Shown here in pieces: positions 18,387 to 28,303 of a stretch of 64,000 nt of DNA. A program made the translations under genes and the position numbers. This DNA comes from Candidatus Hydrogenedentota bacterium (GTDB lineage: Bacteria > Hydrogenedentota > Hydrogenedentia > Hydrogenedentales > CAITNO01), in contig JAKJCY010000001.1 in NCBI GenBank assembly GCA_022706235.1, positions 19,592 to 83,591 on the forward strand. The letters run 5' to 3'. The notes beneath the pieces are model-generated. The model saw only the letters and a list, made by a program, of their open reading frames with translations. It was not told the DNA's origin and ran no database searches. Every line of letters starts with the position of its first letter. Within the stretch, counting starts at the first letter, position 1.

Positions 18387-19340
18387 TTATGTAAACGGGA
18401 CGCCTATTTGTTGACCATGGTCCAGAATATAGTTTCGAGCCTGATCGTATTCTTCGGCGCCGGATAAATGCTCTATCATAAGGGGCGGTTGTTGGGGCAT
18501 TCCGGCCAGGCGTTTCAGGAATACCGTGTAATCCATCGCCCCCGTTCCGGGACAGACCTCCCGAAAATGCACATTCATCTCTACATCCCATGTGAGGTCT
18601 TTTGCATGGCAACTGACGATATGGGGACCAAGTTTGTCGAAACATTCATTAATTATATCGCCGTTGCGGTAAAACCGGTCCGGACTGTTGATAATGTTGC
18701 ACGGGTCCAGATGCACTCCGAATCCCACGCGATCGATAGCCTTAAGAAGATTTAAGTACGAATCCGCACTGTCCGGCAGGCTCCAGCCCATCATCTCGTA
18801 GGCAAATTTGGCGCGCATGGGCTTTACGGCATCCACCACCTTGCGGGCATTCTCCACCGCCGCATCGAAAAATTCAGTAGAAAGATTTTTGGGATGGGGG
18901 CCGAACCAACTGTCCGGACTGAAGGAGCCGGCAATATTCACGCAGCAGTGCGCGCCGATGGCTTCCGCCAAGGCCAAGCCTTCGGTGACGTTTTCCAAGT
19001 TATTCTTGCGCTTTTCCGGATCCGCGTCCATCATGTTGCACCACCGGCCGACTTCGGCGATCACAATATTATGTCGGGCAAACGTTTCTGAAACGGCTTT
19101 AATTTTGTTGGAATCTGAGATGGATACGTCCGGGCAATAGGCAGCCCGATAGCGCATCTTTTTATGGGCTAACGCCAATAGTTCGGGATCATCGCTTTTT
19201 TCAAAAACAGGCGCCCCCAGCCGCACTGAACCGCTTGAAACACTGGACTGTTCCTCCGCCGAAAGTGCCACGCCCGTCAATAGGGACAAGCCCGCTATTT
19301 TTCCGATAAAATTCCGCCGGGACTCTTTTCCTGAAATCAT
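18387..19340 (-). CDS. Tat-signal sugar phosphate isomerase/epimerase (xylose-isomerase-like TIM barrel)
   Basis: Twin-arginine motif SRRNFIGKIAGLSLL. The rest looks like an AP-endonuclease-2 / xylose-isomerase-like fold. ATG 19340 is preceded by AGGAGAAGG. Confidence 0.7.
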   Translation of the reverse strand: MISGKESRRNFIGKIAGLSLLTGVALSAEEQSSVSSGSVRLGAPVFEKSDDPELLALAHKKMRYRAAYCPDVSISDSNKIKAVSETFARHNIVIAEVGRWCNMMDADPEKRKNNLENVTEGLALAEAIGAHCCVNIAGSFSPDSWFGPHPKNLSTEFFDAAVENARKVVDAVKPMRAKFAYEMMGWSLPDSADSYLNLLKAIDRVGFGVHLDPCNIINSPDRFYRNGDIINECFDKLGPHIVSCHAKDLTWDVEMNVHFREVCPGTGAMDYTVFLKRLAGMPQQPPLMIEHLSGAEEYDQARNYILDHGQQIGVPFT

Positions 19341-19366
19341 GGGTCCTTCTCCTGTAGCACCTTGGC

Positions 19367-21025
19367 TTATTGGGGCCATGCCTCTTCCAGCCGACGAAGA
19401 AGCGCAAGTACCTCACGATGAATGACCGGGGCCACTTCCGGGCCGCCGGAATTTTCCTCGCCATATTGGGACTCATTGTCATAGATGTAGGGTGGTTCCG
19501 CATCCCATTGGCTCTTGGGAAGAATGTAACCGATTTCATCATTGGCCAACCCGAAAATCATATTGACTTTTCCGTGCATTTCTTTGCGTAACGGCGGCAC
19601 TTCCACTGCTTGTATATCGAAATCCCGCCCTGGTTTGGCCTCGACGCCCCCGTCGGCTATCTCCGGATAAAGTTCGCCCGGTACCGTGGCTATCTCAAGG
19701 TCGCCCACGCGCACGACATCCACTTCGCTGCGCGCGGCAATGCCGCCCTCCCTCCAGAAGACACCGGGATGCACCAACCCCAGGGATATAGCATATTTGA
19801 ACAACCCGGCCAAGGGCGCGTAAATGGTTTTTGCTGCCACACCCACGCGCGGGCTTTCGCATCTGAATACATCCGTTCCTCTAAGGGTATTCACCGTCAA
19901 CACCGCGAGATTTTCCCCCAGTGCCTGTGCTTTTTCAAAAGAAGCTTCTTTGTATTTGTCCACGCCATTTCGATGAGACACCGTAGTATGTAACTGGGTC
20001 ATCAGGCCGCCGACCATCCCTTGAAAATATAGGCACATTCCTCCCATACCCGGGGCGCCGTTGGGCTCCGAAACGCCTTTCTCGATGCCGTCGCGCCAAT
20101 AGCCGCAGAAATCCGAGGTCAGATATGGATTATCGCCGTCCAGGGTTTCCGGGTGGTTTCCCCAGGAGACCATGGTGGCGATGGTTTCGTCCGTTCCCGC
20201 CTTGGTAAACCGGGCGCAACAGAGTTTGGTGTCGATAACAATAGGCTTTCGGGAGTCATTTACAAGCCCTTCCGGATTTATTTCTTTCTGGGATATATAC
20301 ATATCCGCGGGGGACAAGTTCCGGACGGCTTCCTCCACCGCATTTTTACATGCCAACTTGACGAAGTCCATATGCCGGTGATCAAAATTGGACGGAGTGG
20401 GCACGACACCGCTCCAGTTGCCCATGGTATCGGGCGTTTCATGATTGTGCAGGCAGGACACGATAACATGGTCAACATTCAGGCCAGGATCAATCATTTT
20501 CCGGATATCAATAATTTTTTCATGAAACAGGCCGATGGCATCCAGAGTCACCATTGCCACCGTCACGCCATTATTTCGAAATGCCATCGCCCGCGCCCAT
20601 AATGGGTCGTGTACACCTTTTGCCGGACGGTTGCTCCCAAACCCCGCAATCCAGACGGGGTCGAACCTGCCGTTCCCGTTCCGATCATTGTAAGTGTCCT
20701 CGCCGGGGTTGATAAGACCGAGGCGGGTGGCCAGTTTCATTAAAAAGGTCTGCTCGCCCGGAACGGGGTCATATGTGTTGTCGTTATTGGTATCATTATA
20801 GGTATCATAAAGAGAAAGGTCCGGCGTAATATCCCATTTCGAGACGCCTACTTCCAGTACGCCCGGCTGCGCGCCCTCTCCCACCTTGACAAAATCCACC
20901 GTATAACCGCGATGCGGTCCTATCATCCTGTAAAACAGGAAAGCCGCCGGTAGGAGTATTGCCAGTAAAATGAGGATGCAAAAGGCGGTGAGTATTTTGT
21001 GCCGTCTAATAAAAGAGTCGTTCAT
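19367..21025 (-). CDS. neutral/alkaline ceramidase-like N-terminal domain protein, membrane anchored
   Basis: WIAGFGSNRPAKGVHDPLWARAMAFRNNGVTVAMVTLDAIG resembles the ceramidase N-terminal family. It has one N-terminal TM segment. The start could be 21025 or 21067. Confidence 0.55.
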   Translation of the reverse strand: MNDSFIRRHKILTAFCILILLAILLPAAFLFYRMIGPHRGYTVDFVKVGEGAQPGVLEVGVSKWDITPDLSLYDTYNDTNNDNTYDPVPGEQTFLMKLATRLGLINPGEDTYNDRNGNGRFDPVWIAGFGSNRPAKGVHDPLWARAMAFRNNGVTVAMVTLDAIGLFHEKIIDIRKMIDPGLNVDHVIVSCLHNHETPDTMGNWSGVVPTPSNFDHRHMDFVKLACKNAVEEAVRNLSPADMYISQKEINPEGLVNDSRKPIVIDTKLCCARFTKAGTDETIATMVSWGNHPETLDGDNPYLTSDFCGYWRDGIEKGVSEPNGAPGMGGMCLYFQGMVGGLMTQLHTTVSHRNGVDKYKEASFEKAQALGENLAVLTVNTLRGTDVFRCESPRVGVAAKTIYAPLAGLFKYAISLGLVHPGVFWREGGIAARSEVDVVRVGDLEIATVPGELYPEIADGGVEAKPGRDFDIQAVEVPPLRKEMHGKVNMIFGLANDEIGYILPKSQWDAEPPYIYDNESQYGEENSGGPEVAPVIHREVLALLRRLEEAWPQ

Positions 21026-21161
21026 ATATCCATGGTCTCCAGAGTTGTTTGCCTCCCCCGGTTGCATTGTCTTGTTAATGTTCTAATGCGGGCCATACCC
21101 GCAACTGAGTTGGTGTGTTTTCGGCTGAAGTTGTTTTCCTGATACTTCAGGCTTGTTCTTT

Positions 21162-21239
21162 ATCCTGAAGGGATTGAACAACAAAGCCCAGAGTAGCGGA
21201 GTACCGCAACCCTAGGCTTTGATAGGTAAGCCCTTCAGG
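21162..21239. repeat. family-A palindromic element copy
   Basis: ATCCTGAAGGGAT..AACAAAGCCCAGAGTAGCGGAGTACCGCAACCCTAGG...CCCTTCAGG. The whole unit is an imperfect ~78-nt palindrome. Confidence 0.75.
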
Positions 21240-21564
21240 CTGGTCAGATTCAACTTCTTGTTTTTTATAGGCCTTATAAGCCGATACACTACTTACACCT
21301 CGTCTGTATTTTACGCTGGTGGCAATGTATTGTCAAAGAAAGGATCGCATCGAATTCTGCTGTCCCCGGAATTTCATTGCGCTCACCCGGGCAATTGACA
21401 TGTTTTAGACGCCTGTTACATAATGTGTTTTATTGTACCTGATGATAATCCTTTTAAAAGGCAAGGTCCTTGCTGCGGTTGGTATCTGCGTAAAAGTTTC
21501 GTGGAACGTTTGCCGCTTTTGAGGATGCCGGGCAGCAGATTCTCTCCAATCCGGGAGTCCTATC

Positions 21565-23625
21565 ATGCGGCTTTCTTATTTTGTTCTAATCCTTGTGTCA
21601 CTGGAAACAGTACTGATGCTAAGCCCGGCGAATGTATTTGCCTTTGATGGACGGTGCTATTCCGGAGAGGGTAATGAAGCGTACCTGCAATTGCTGGACA
21701 CGGCGTGCCGGGTGTTTCATCCGGACCCGGAATACCAGAATATTTCCATGCTCTATACGCCGGTATGGAACGGTTTCGTGGAAGGGCCGACTTGGGGCGC
21801 CTGGTGGATTCAGAACAGTTACGGGCCCACCTATTGTTCCCTGCCGTTTTTTTTAGAACCCTATACAACCTTTATTCAGAATTCCCAGGAACTCTGGTTC
21901 GCCCTGATGGGGGACGGAAAACGCAAGGGCATGAAGGACTGGGTGGCGCCCGACGGATGCCTGTGCGACGCCGCTGCGCCGGACATGATTTATTACAAGC
22001 AAGGCGACGGCTATATTGATATTCATGATTGGGGCATGGAGTTCACGGCCGCTGGCATAGTGATGCAGGCGGAACTGTTACTCATCAGCCGCGACTTGGA
22101 CGCCATTGCCCGGTATCTCCCCCTGCTGGAACGGAGCGCTAATTTTATTGAGACGCGTCGCGATCCAGCAAATAACCTGTTTCTGGCCGGGCCGGCGGGC
22201 AATCTCCTCGCGCCGAGTTATGCCGGCTGGCATAAACCGGATGACACCTACGACAAGGCCTATCTTACGGGTTTGTCGGTCACTTATATCGCAGCTCTGG
22301 ACCGTCTCATTGAACTGGAGAAAATGACCGGGAACAGCGACAAGGCTGCCCTTTACGCCGATAGACGGGACCTTGCCCGGCAGGGACTTGCCCTGATGAC
22401 GACGGACGAGGGGTATTTCATCAAGTCCATGGACCCCGACGGCACGAAGCACGGCGTTTACGGCGCGGATAAACACGGTTACTTCGAGGCGGTCTGCAAT
22501 CACGACGCCATTGCCTTCCGTGTGGCCGATGATGCCCAGTCACGAAAAATCTATGGCAAAATAGCGTCCATCCCCGGGTTGCGCCCGCACGGCATCATCA
22601 TTACGAATTGTCCCGGCCTGGAGGATATGTACACGGAAGCAACGGACTGGTTGTGGTCTTTTGGCACCTGGGTAAACGGCGGCCATTGGACTACCTGTGA
22701 GGCGCGCATGATCCTGGCCTATTACCGGCTGGGTGAATATGAGGACGCCCGCAGGTCTATGGAGCACCTTCTCGGGTTCTTCCGGCAGTTCAGGACCGAT
22801 AATCCCCTGGTGGACTTCGGAGCGGCCCCATACCAGCCCAAGGAACCCATCAATTGTGTATACGACACCTGGGGCGCTCCGGCGGCTCTCATACGAGGGC
22901 TCTTTGAGTATCTTTACCGCGCGGAATCCCTGACGCTTGTTCCGCATATCCCGACCGGGATTACGCGCCTGGAACAACGTTTCCCCATTCGTTTCGGCAC
23001 AAAACGACTGTATCTGTCCACGACCGGTACGGGACCGGTTACCGCCGTATGGATAAACAACGTTCCATGGAATGATTTTGATGCGGGTTCCATTACCCTG
23101 TCATATGAGCGCCTGCCGGAATCGGCCGGGATTCAAGTCGCCTTGGGCGGGGCGGCACTTCAGGAACAGCCTGCCATGACCGAAGAATCCCCCGTGCTGT
23201 TTCCTGGCCCGGAGGACCCGTTATGGGACATCGAGGCATTTGCCAATGAGGTTACGGAAAAGGCCGCCTCGGGCTGTTTTGGCGGTAAGGAACCGGCGTC
23301 CTTGACCCCTACAGTGCCCTTTTCCCGAATCGGGACTTTTTACAATGCCCTTGTTCGAGAGGGGCTCGCTTCTTCCTATGAGGCGCACCATGCCAGGCTG
23401 ATCTGTGAATACCTCACGGCCATTCAGAAACGGGCAAAGATGAAATCCGAGGGCAGGATTACGTTATTGCCGGAAGCCTCCCAACGCGCCGCGGACAGGA
23501 GTTACCTGGAGGCGGCCGTCAGACTCGTTGACGGCCTGCAAAAAACGATAGCCGGTTATGAAGGGTCGCAAGACGCCCATAAAAAACGAGTGTCCACCAT
23601 CTGGAAAGCGGTTCCACAAGAATGA
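21565..23625 (+). CDS. secreted putative glycoside hydrolase, possibly (alpha/alpha)6-barrel, family unresolved
   Basis: Signal-like N-terminus. NGGHWTTCEARMILAYYRLGEYEDA resembles six-hairpin glycosidases. It is the first gene of a co-directional glycan cluster. Confidence 0.35.
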   Translation: MRLSYFVLILVSLETVLMLSPANVFAFDGRCYSGEGNEAYLQLLDTACRVFHPDPEYQNISMLYTPVWNGFVEGPTWGAWWIQNSYGPTYCSLPFFLEPYTTFIQNSQELWFALMGDGKRKGMKDWVAPDGCLCDAAAPDMIYYKQGDGYIDIHDWGMEFTAAGIVMQAELLLISRDLDAIARYLPLLERSANFIETRRDPANNLFLAGPAGNLLAPSYAGWHKPDDTYDKAYLTGLSVTYIAALDRLIELEKMTGNSDKAALYADRRDLARQGLALMTTDEGYFIKSMDPDGTKHGVYGADKHGYFEAVCNHDAIAFRVADDAQSRKIYGKIASIPGLRPHGIIITNCPGLEDMYTEATDWLWSFGTWVNGGHWTTCEARMILAYYRLGEYEDARRSMEHLLGFFRQFRTDNPLVDFGAAPYQPKEPINCVYDTWGAPAALIRGLFEYLYRAESLTLVPHIPTGITRLEQRFPIRFGTKRLYLSTTGTGPVTAVWINNVPWNDFDAGSITLSYERLPESAGIQVALGGAALQEQPAMTEESPVLFPGPEDPLWDIEAFANEVTEKAASGCFGGKEPASLTPTVPFSRIGTFYNALVREGLASSYEAHHARLICEYLTAIQKRAKMKSEGRITLLPEASQRAADRSYLEAAVRLVDGLQKTIAGYEGSQDAHKKRVSTIWKAVPQE

Positions 23626-23836
23626 GGGTATCGCTTGCACATCGGATTCCATGATAGGAATGCCTTGATATACTGACCCTTCGTTTATGGACGATGGTTA
23701 TGGTTGCCGCAGTGACGCGGGGTCTGGAAATAGTATCTGCGGAAATAGGTACGTACCCTGAAATTCACACGGAAGGATGGTAATGAAAAAGATTTCCTGT
23801 ATACTATTTTCCATCCAACCAAAAGGGAGTATTGGT

Positions 23837-24562
23837 ATGCACAGAATGATTCTACCTTTCTTTTCCCAGGCATGTGCCCTTCTGGCGTTGCTCTGCATCC
23901 AGGTCCATGCCCAAACCCCCGATACGGAAATCACCGAGCATTACAAGCGGATGATGACGTATCACCGATATATGGACGGAAATATTCCTGAGGGCGCGGT
24001 GCTGTTTATAGGCGACAGTATCACCCAGGGTTTATGCACGGTCGCAGTGTGGGAGTGCTCCGTCAATTACGGCATCGGCAGTGATACCACCGTGGGTGTG
24101 TTGCAGCGCCTGGCCGACTATGCTTCCATGGCGCGGGCCGGCGCGGTCGTTGTTGCCATCGGGGTCAACGACCTGGCGCGCAGAGACAATGCCGCCATTT
24201 TGGAAAATTACCAAAAGATCATGGAAACCGTGCCCGCCGGAACCCCTCTGGTCTTCAGTGCCGTGCTGCCCCTTGACGAAAGGGCAAAGGATATCAAAGA
24301 AGACCGTAATCCTCGTATCCGTGAATTGAATGCCGGGCTGGCGTCGTTATGCGCCACGGATGAACGGTGCAGCGTAGTGGATGCAACCGCCGCCCTGACC
24401 GATGATACCGGCAATCTGAATCCAGGCTATCATGTGGGCGACGGTGTTCATCTCAATACGGCGGGATATGCAATCTGGATCGCAGCGTTGCGGGAACAGC
24501 TGAATTCTATATCAGGCAAGAAACCGGGCGCCCTTCTGGAGAGCATCGGTTCCAAAGAATAA
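23837..24562 (+). CDS. SGNH/GDSL-family hydrolase (esterase)
   Basis: Block I FIGDSITQG and block V GDGVHLN. ATG 23837 follows AAAGGGAG. A signal peptide is present. Confidence 0.75.
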   Translation: MHRMILPFFSQACALLALLCIQVHAQTPDTEITEHYKRMMTYHRYMDGNIPEGAVLFIGDSITQGLCTVAVWECSVNYGIGSDTTVGVLQRLADYASMARAGAVVVAIGVNDLARRDNAAILENYQKIMETVPAGTPLVFSAVLPLDERAKDIKEDRNPRIRELNAGLASLCATDERCSVVDATAALTDDTGNLNPGYHVGDGVHLNTAGYAIWIAALREQLNSISGKKPGALLESIGSKE

Positions 24563-24681
24563 GCGCTTTCCGGCATCCCGGTCTTCCTCTCAGAGTGTTC
24601 TTTACGTCCTTCAGGTCTCTTTCTTTTAAATACACCCCCGCATCCACCCTCCGTTTCGGGGGTACCACGTATAGAGGCGGT

Positions 24682-25647
24682 ATGCATCGTCAAAGGCTTC
24701 TCTTTCTGGATCAAGTGCGCGGCTACGCCATCTTCGGCATGATCCTGGTTAACTTCCTGGGTATGTTCGATGTAATGCCCTGGACCTTCAAGCATCATGT
24801 CCAGGGATTTTCGTACGCGGACCATATCGCCCCTCTCTTCATTTTCATCGTCGGATTCGGCTACCGCATGTCCTTTACGAAAGCCGTCGCCCGGGACGGA
24901 CTGTCCTTTGCCCGCTCGCGGTCCATACGCCGCTATGCCCTCATCTCCGGATTGGGACTGCTGTATGGGGGATTCAATTTGCGTGTATCGGTCTGGGATG
25001 CGCTTCTGGATATCGGGCTGTCCGGGTTGCTCGCCCTGCCGTTCATGCATCTTTCCACGAAAGCGCGCATGGGCGCGGCCTGCGCCTTTCTGGCGGGCTA
25101 CCAGGCGGTTTTTTCCCGCACCGGCTACGGGGACTGGGTAGTGGAAAACAGTATCAATGGCGGTCCGCTGGGGCCGCTGAGCTGGGTCTTCATCTTGTTG
25201 ATGGGTACCGCAGCTTATGACCTATCTGCTGGCGCCGACCATAAACATAGGATTGTTCGTTTTTTTTCCATCGGGCTTTTCATCACCATAGCCGGGGTGT
25301 TGCTGCGGGCGGAATGGCCCTGGCTGAAATTGATCTGGCCTTTTTCCGCTTATGCCATGACAACACCCTACCCCGTATATGCCTCCGGTTTATGTTTTCT
25401 GACCGTACTGTTGTTTTATCTGAGTGCCGAAATATTTCAAGTGCCTATCCCCTTTTTGACTACGCTGGGTAAAAATCCCCTTGTCATCTATTTGTTGCAA
25501 GCCGTGCTGGTACTTGTGATGGGGGGGATCGTGGATACTTCAATGACGGTGGTGCCTGCCTTGGCACTGTTTGCGATACTGGTTGGTATCTGCTATGGTG
25601 CGGCACGCTATCTCGAAGTCACGGGACGTATTATTAAAATAGGATGA
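24682..25647 (+). CDS. multi-pass membrane protein, DUF1624 / heparan-alpha-glucosaminide N-acetyltransferase-like
   Basis: RLLFLDQVRGYAIFGMILVNFLG is a typical N-terminus for this family. There are about nine hydrophobic segments. Confidence 0.5.
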   Translation: MHRQRLLFLDQVRGYAIFGMILVNFLGMFDVMPWTFKHHVQGFSYADHIAPLFIFIVGFGYRMSFTKAVARDGLSFARSRSIRRYALISGLGLLYGGFNLRVSVWDALLDIGLSGLLALPFMHLSTKARMGAACAFLAGYQAVFSRTGYGDWVVENSINGGPLGPLSWVFILLMGTAAYDLSAGADHKHRIVRFFSIGLFITIAGVLLRAEWPWLKLIWPFSAYAMTTPYPVYASGLCFLTVLLFYLSAEIFQVPIPFLTTLGKNPLVIYLLQAVLVLVMGGIVDTSMTVVPALALFAILVGICYGAARYLEVTGRIIKIG

Positions 25648-25695
25648 GGCGGACGGTGGTGATGTGTCTAACAACTCCTATAGGGAAATCAATAT

Positions 25696-26604
25696 ATGCT
25701 TTTAACCCTGTTGCTTTGCGCGACCGCGGCGGCGCTTCAAACATTTCCTTCGGCGCTGGTGGAATTTGCGCCGATGACAGACACCCCTGTTTTTGAAGGC
25801 GCCGGCCCCGGACATTGGGACGAACATATACGGGAACGGGGCTGGATCCTGTATGAAGACAACGCCTATCACCTTTGGTATACTGGTTACCGGTCAGGGA
25901 ACAAGGAAATAAAGAAATTGGGCTACGCCGTCTCCAAGGACGGTATGCATTGGGAACGGCACGCGGACAACCCCATTTATGACGAGAAGTGGACCGAGGA
26001 CATGATGGTGTTGAAGGTGGAAGACACCTATTACATGTTCGCGGAGGGCGATGGCGACCGGGCGCGCCTACTGACTTCAACAAACCGGGTGGATTGGACA
26101 GACCGCGGAACGCTCGACATCAGGAAAGCCAATGGGAAGCCCCTAACCCCGGGACCCTTCGGGACGCCTGCCGCCTATTTTGAAAACGGAACCTGGAACC
26201 TGTTTTATGAACGTAACGATGAGGCGATATGGCTGGCGCGATCGACCGACCTCAAGATATGGACGAATGTTCAGGACACCCCCGTGCTTGAATGCGGGCC
26301 CGACGCGTATGATAAGGCCATGATTGCCCTGGACCAGATCGTGAAGTATGAGGGTGCCTATTATGCCTACTATCACGGACTGGTTCCCGACACGGACCCG
26401 GATGAATGGACCTCCGCCGTTGCCGTTTCTTCTGACCTGGTCCACTGGGAAAAATATCCGGGCAATCCCATTGTCCGGGGCGATAAATCCAGCCCGGTTC
26501 TCGTGCAGGATGGCAAGGGGTACCGGTTGTATACCATGCATCCGTCCGTATTTGTTTATGGACCTCCCCAGGCCGATGAAGCACCGTCTATTCCAAAACA
26601 ATAG
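25696..26604 (+). CDS. secreted beta-propeller glycoside hydrolase (GH43/GH130-like)
   Basis: Signal peptide present. Repeated W..Y.G..S.DG..W blades (YHLWYTGY, LGYAVSKDGMHWERH, AVAVSSDLVHWEKY). Confidence 0.45.
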   Translation: MLLTLLLCATAAALQTFPSALVEFAPMTDTPVFEGAGPGHWDEHIRERGWILYEDNAYHLWYTGYRSGNKEIKKLGYAVSKDGMHWERHADNPIYDEKWTEDMMVLKVEDTYYMFAEGDGDRARLLTSTNRVDWTDRGTLDIRKANGKPLTPGPFGTPAAYFENGTWNLFYERNDEAIWLARSTDLKIWTNVQDTPVLECGPDAYDKAMIALDQIVKYEGAYYAYYHGLVPDTDPDEWTSAVAVSSDLVHWEKYPGNPIVRGDKSSPVLVQDGKGYRLYTMHPSVFVYGPPQADEAPSIPKQ

Positions 26605-26666
26605 TATTGTTTATAGCGTGTGGGCAGTACCGTTCCCGCGCATAACAAAACCAGGAGGAATCCCTT

Positions 26667-27857
26667 ATGAAATCAAGAAGCTTCGCGAAACGGTTTTTGT
26701 CCGGCATGCTTATTTTGTTTGCCATCATGGGTATGGCCCCTTGTCAGGCCGATCCCGCCGCTGTAGTGGAACGTGACGGGGGCCTCGAAATAATGGAACT
26801 CTTCGAAAAAGTGCGTATTCCATCCCTGGATGTAGCAGCGGACGGGACGCTCCTGGCCTTCGCCGACTCCGGCAAACTGCTTCGTCGGAGTGAGGACGGC
26901 GGGAAATCATGGGGTGAAGTACTGCAATTGGGAGAAGATGCCGGCGGGAACGTCGTTGTGGACCGGAACACGGGCGACGTGTTGATGGTAAGTCCCGGCA
27001 AAGGCCTGCTCTATCGGAGCGGCGATCACGGGAAAACGTGGGGAAAAGAATCCATTGTCATCCAGCCGAACGCCTACGGGCATGGGACGCCCGAGGGTAT
27101 TCCCGCGGATGTCAGTTGTTCGGAATCGGGAATAGCGCTGCAATACGGCGAACACGCGGGACGCCTGCTTATGCCGGCACGCATCATGCCGCCCAAGGGC
27201 AGCAACGATCAGGAATGGTGGCCCTACCATTACAACACGTCCATCTACAGTGATGACGGCGGCAAGACCTGGCAGGTCAGCAACCCCGTGCAAAGCGGCA
27301 CCGGCGAGGGTACCCTCGCGGAAATGTCCAACGGCGATATCTATTATAACTCGCGGTCCCACATGTCCATAGACCACCGTCGGCGTATCGCCTGGAGCTA
27401 TGACGGAGGCAATATGTACGTGGACTGGCGCGTGTGCGATGGCCTGCGCGAGGTAGGCGAACCCTTCTACTTCAAATACGGCACGGAACCCAGTTATGGC
27501 TGCAACGCCGGGCTCGTACGCCTGCCCCTCGAGTGCACCAACGGCAAGGAGGTGCTCCTGTTCAGCACGCCCGACAACCCGGGCAAAGGCCGCACCGGCA
27601 TGACCGTCTGGGCCAGTTTTGACCGCGGCCGCACCTGGCCGGTTAAGCGGCTCATTTATGCGGGTCCCAGCGCCTATTCCTCCCTGGCTGCGGACAAACG
27701 CGGGACCGTCTATCTCCTCTTTGAAAAGGGGGTGGAAAAATTATATGAGAGCGTCGCTGTCGCAAAATTTACCCTGGACTGGCTTGCGGAGGGCCATGAT
27801 TTGGAGCAACTGATGGCAACCCCGGTGACCATCAACCGACCCCTGGGAAGCCGTTAA
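26667..27857 (+). CDS. exo-alpha-sialidase-like BNR-repeat protein (GH33-like)
   Basis: Four Asp-boxes (SEDGGKSWG, SGDHGKTWG, SDDGGKTWQ, SFDRGRTWP), an RIP motif (VRIPSL) and a signal peptide. Confidence 0.8.
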   Translation: MKSRSFAKRFLSGMLILFAIMGMAPCQADPAAVVERDGGLEIMELFEKVRIPSLDVAADGTLLAFADSGKLLRRSEDGGKSWGEVLQLGEDAGGNVVVDRNTGDVLMVSPGKGLLYRSGDHGKTWGKESIVIQPNAYGHGTPEGIPADVSCSESGIALQYGEHAGRLLMPARIMPPKGSNDQEWWPYHYNTSIYSDDGGKTWQVSNPVQSGTGEGTLAEMSNGDIYYNSRSHMSIDHRRRIAWSYDGGNMYVDWRVCDGLREVGEPFYFKYGTEPSYGCNAGLVRLPLECTNGKEVLLFSTPDNPGKGRTGMTVWASFDRGRTWPVKRLIYAGPSAYSSLAADKRGTVYLLFEKGVEKLYESVAVAKFTLDWLAEGHDLEQLMATPVTINRPLGSR

Positions 27858-27873
27858 AACCGCTGCACATACA

Positions 27874-27911
27874 ATACAAGAAAGACCGGCACATTACTGT
27901 GCTTCTTGTAT
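27874..27911 (+). terminator. possible terminator hairpin after the sialidase gene
   Basis: ATACAAGAA (27874-27882) pairs with TTCTTGTAT (27903-27911), and an inner GCACA/TGTGC stem is present. No clean T-run follows. Confidence 0.25.
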
Positions 27912-28009
27912 TCGCTTCAAAGCATCGCCGACGCATGAGAAAGCGCTTCCCGCCTTTTCGCATTTTCCCGCCCTCCTTTATTTGGAAGCATACGGCTCCG
28001 TCAAACCGT

Positions 28010-28303
28010 GACTCGAGCCGCTTAGCCCACGGACTGAGCCGCTTAGCCCACGGACTCAGCCGCACAGCCCGCGGACTCAGCCACACAGCCCATGGACTCA
28101 GCCACACAGCCCACGGACTCAGCCACACAGCCCACGGACTGAGCCGCACAGTCCGCAGACTCAGCCACACAGCCTGCGGACTCAGCCGCACAGCCCACGG
28201 ACTCAGCCACACAGCCCGCGGATTCAGCCGCACAGCCCGCGGACTCAGCCACACAGCCCGCGGACTCAGCCGCACAGTCCACGGACGGTGCCGCTCAGCC
28301 CCC
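28010..28303. repeat. 21-bp minisatellite, 14 tandem units
   Basis: The consensus is GGACTCAGCC(G/A)CACAGCCC(A/G)C, with unit boundaries at 28010, 28031, 28052 ... 28283. The edge units are degenerate. Confidence 0.9.

Noticed and set aside
28010-28303. CRISPR array
   Set aside because: The units are directly contiguous with no unique spacers, the period is only 21 bp, and there are no cas genes in the window.
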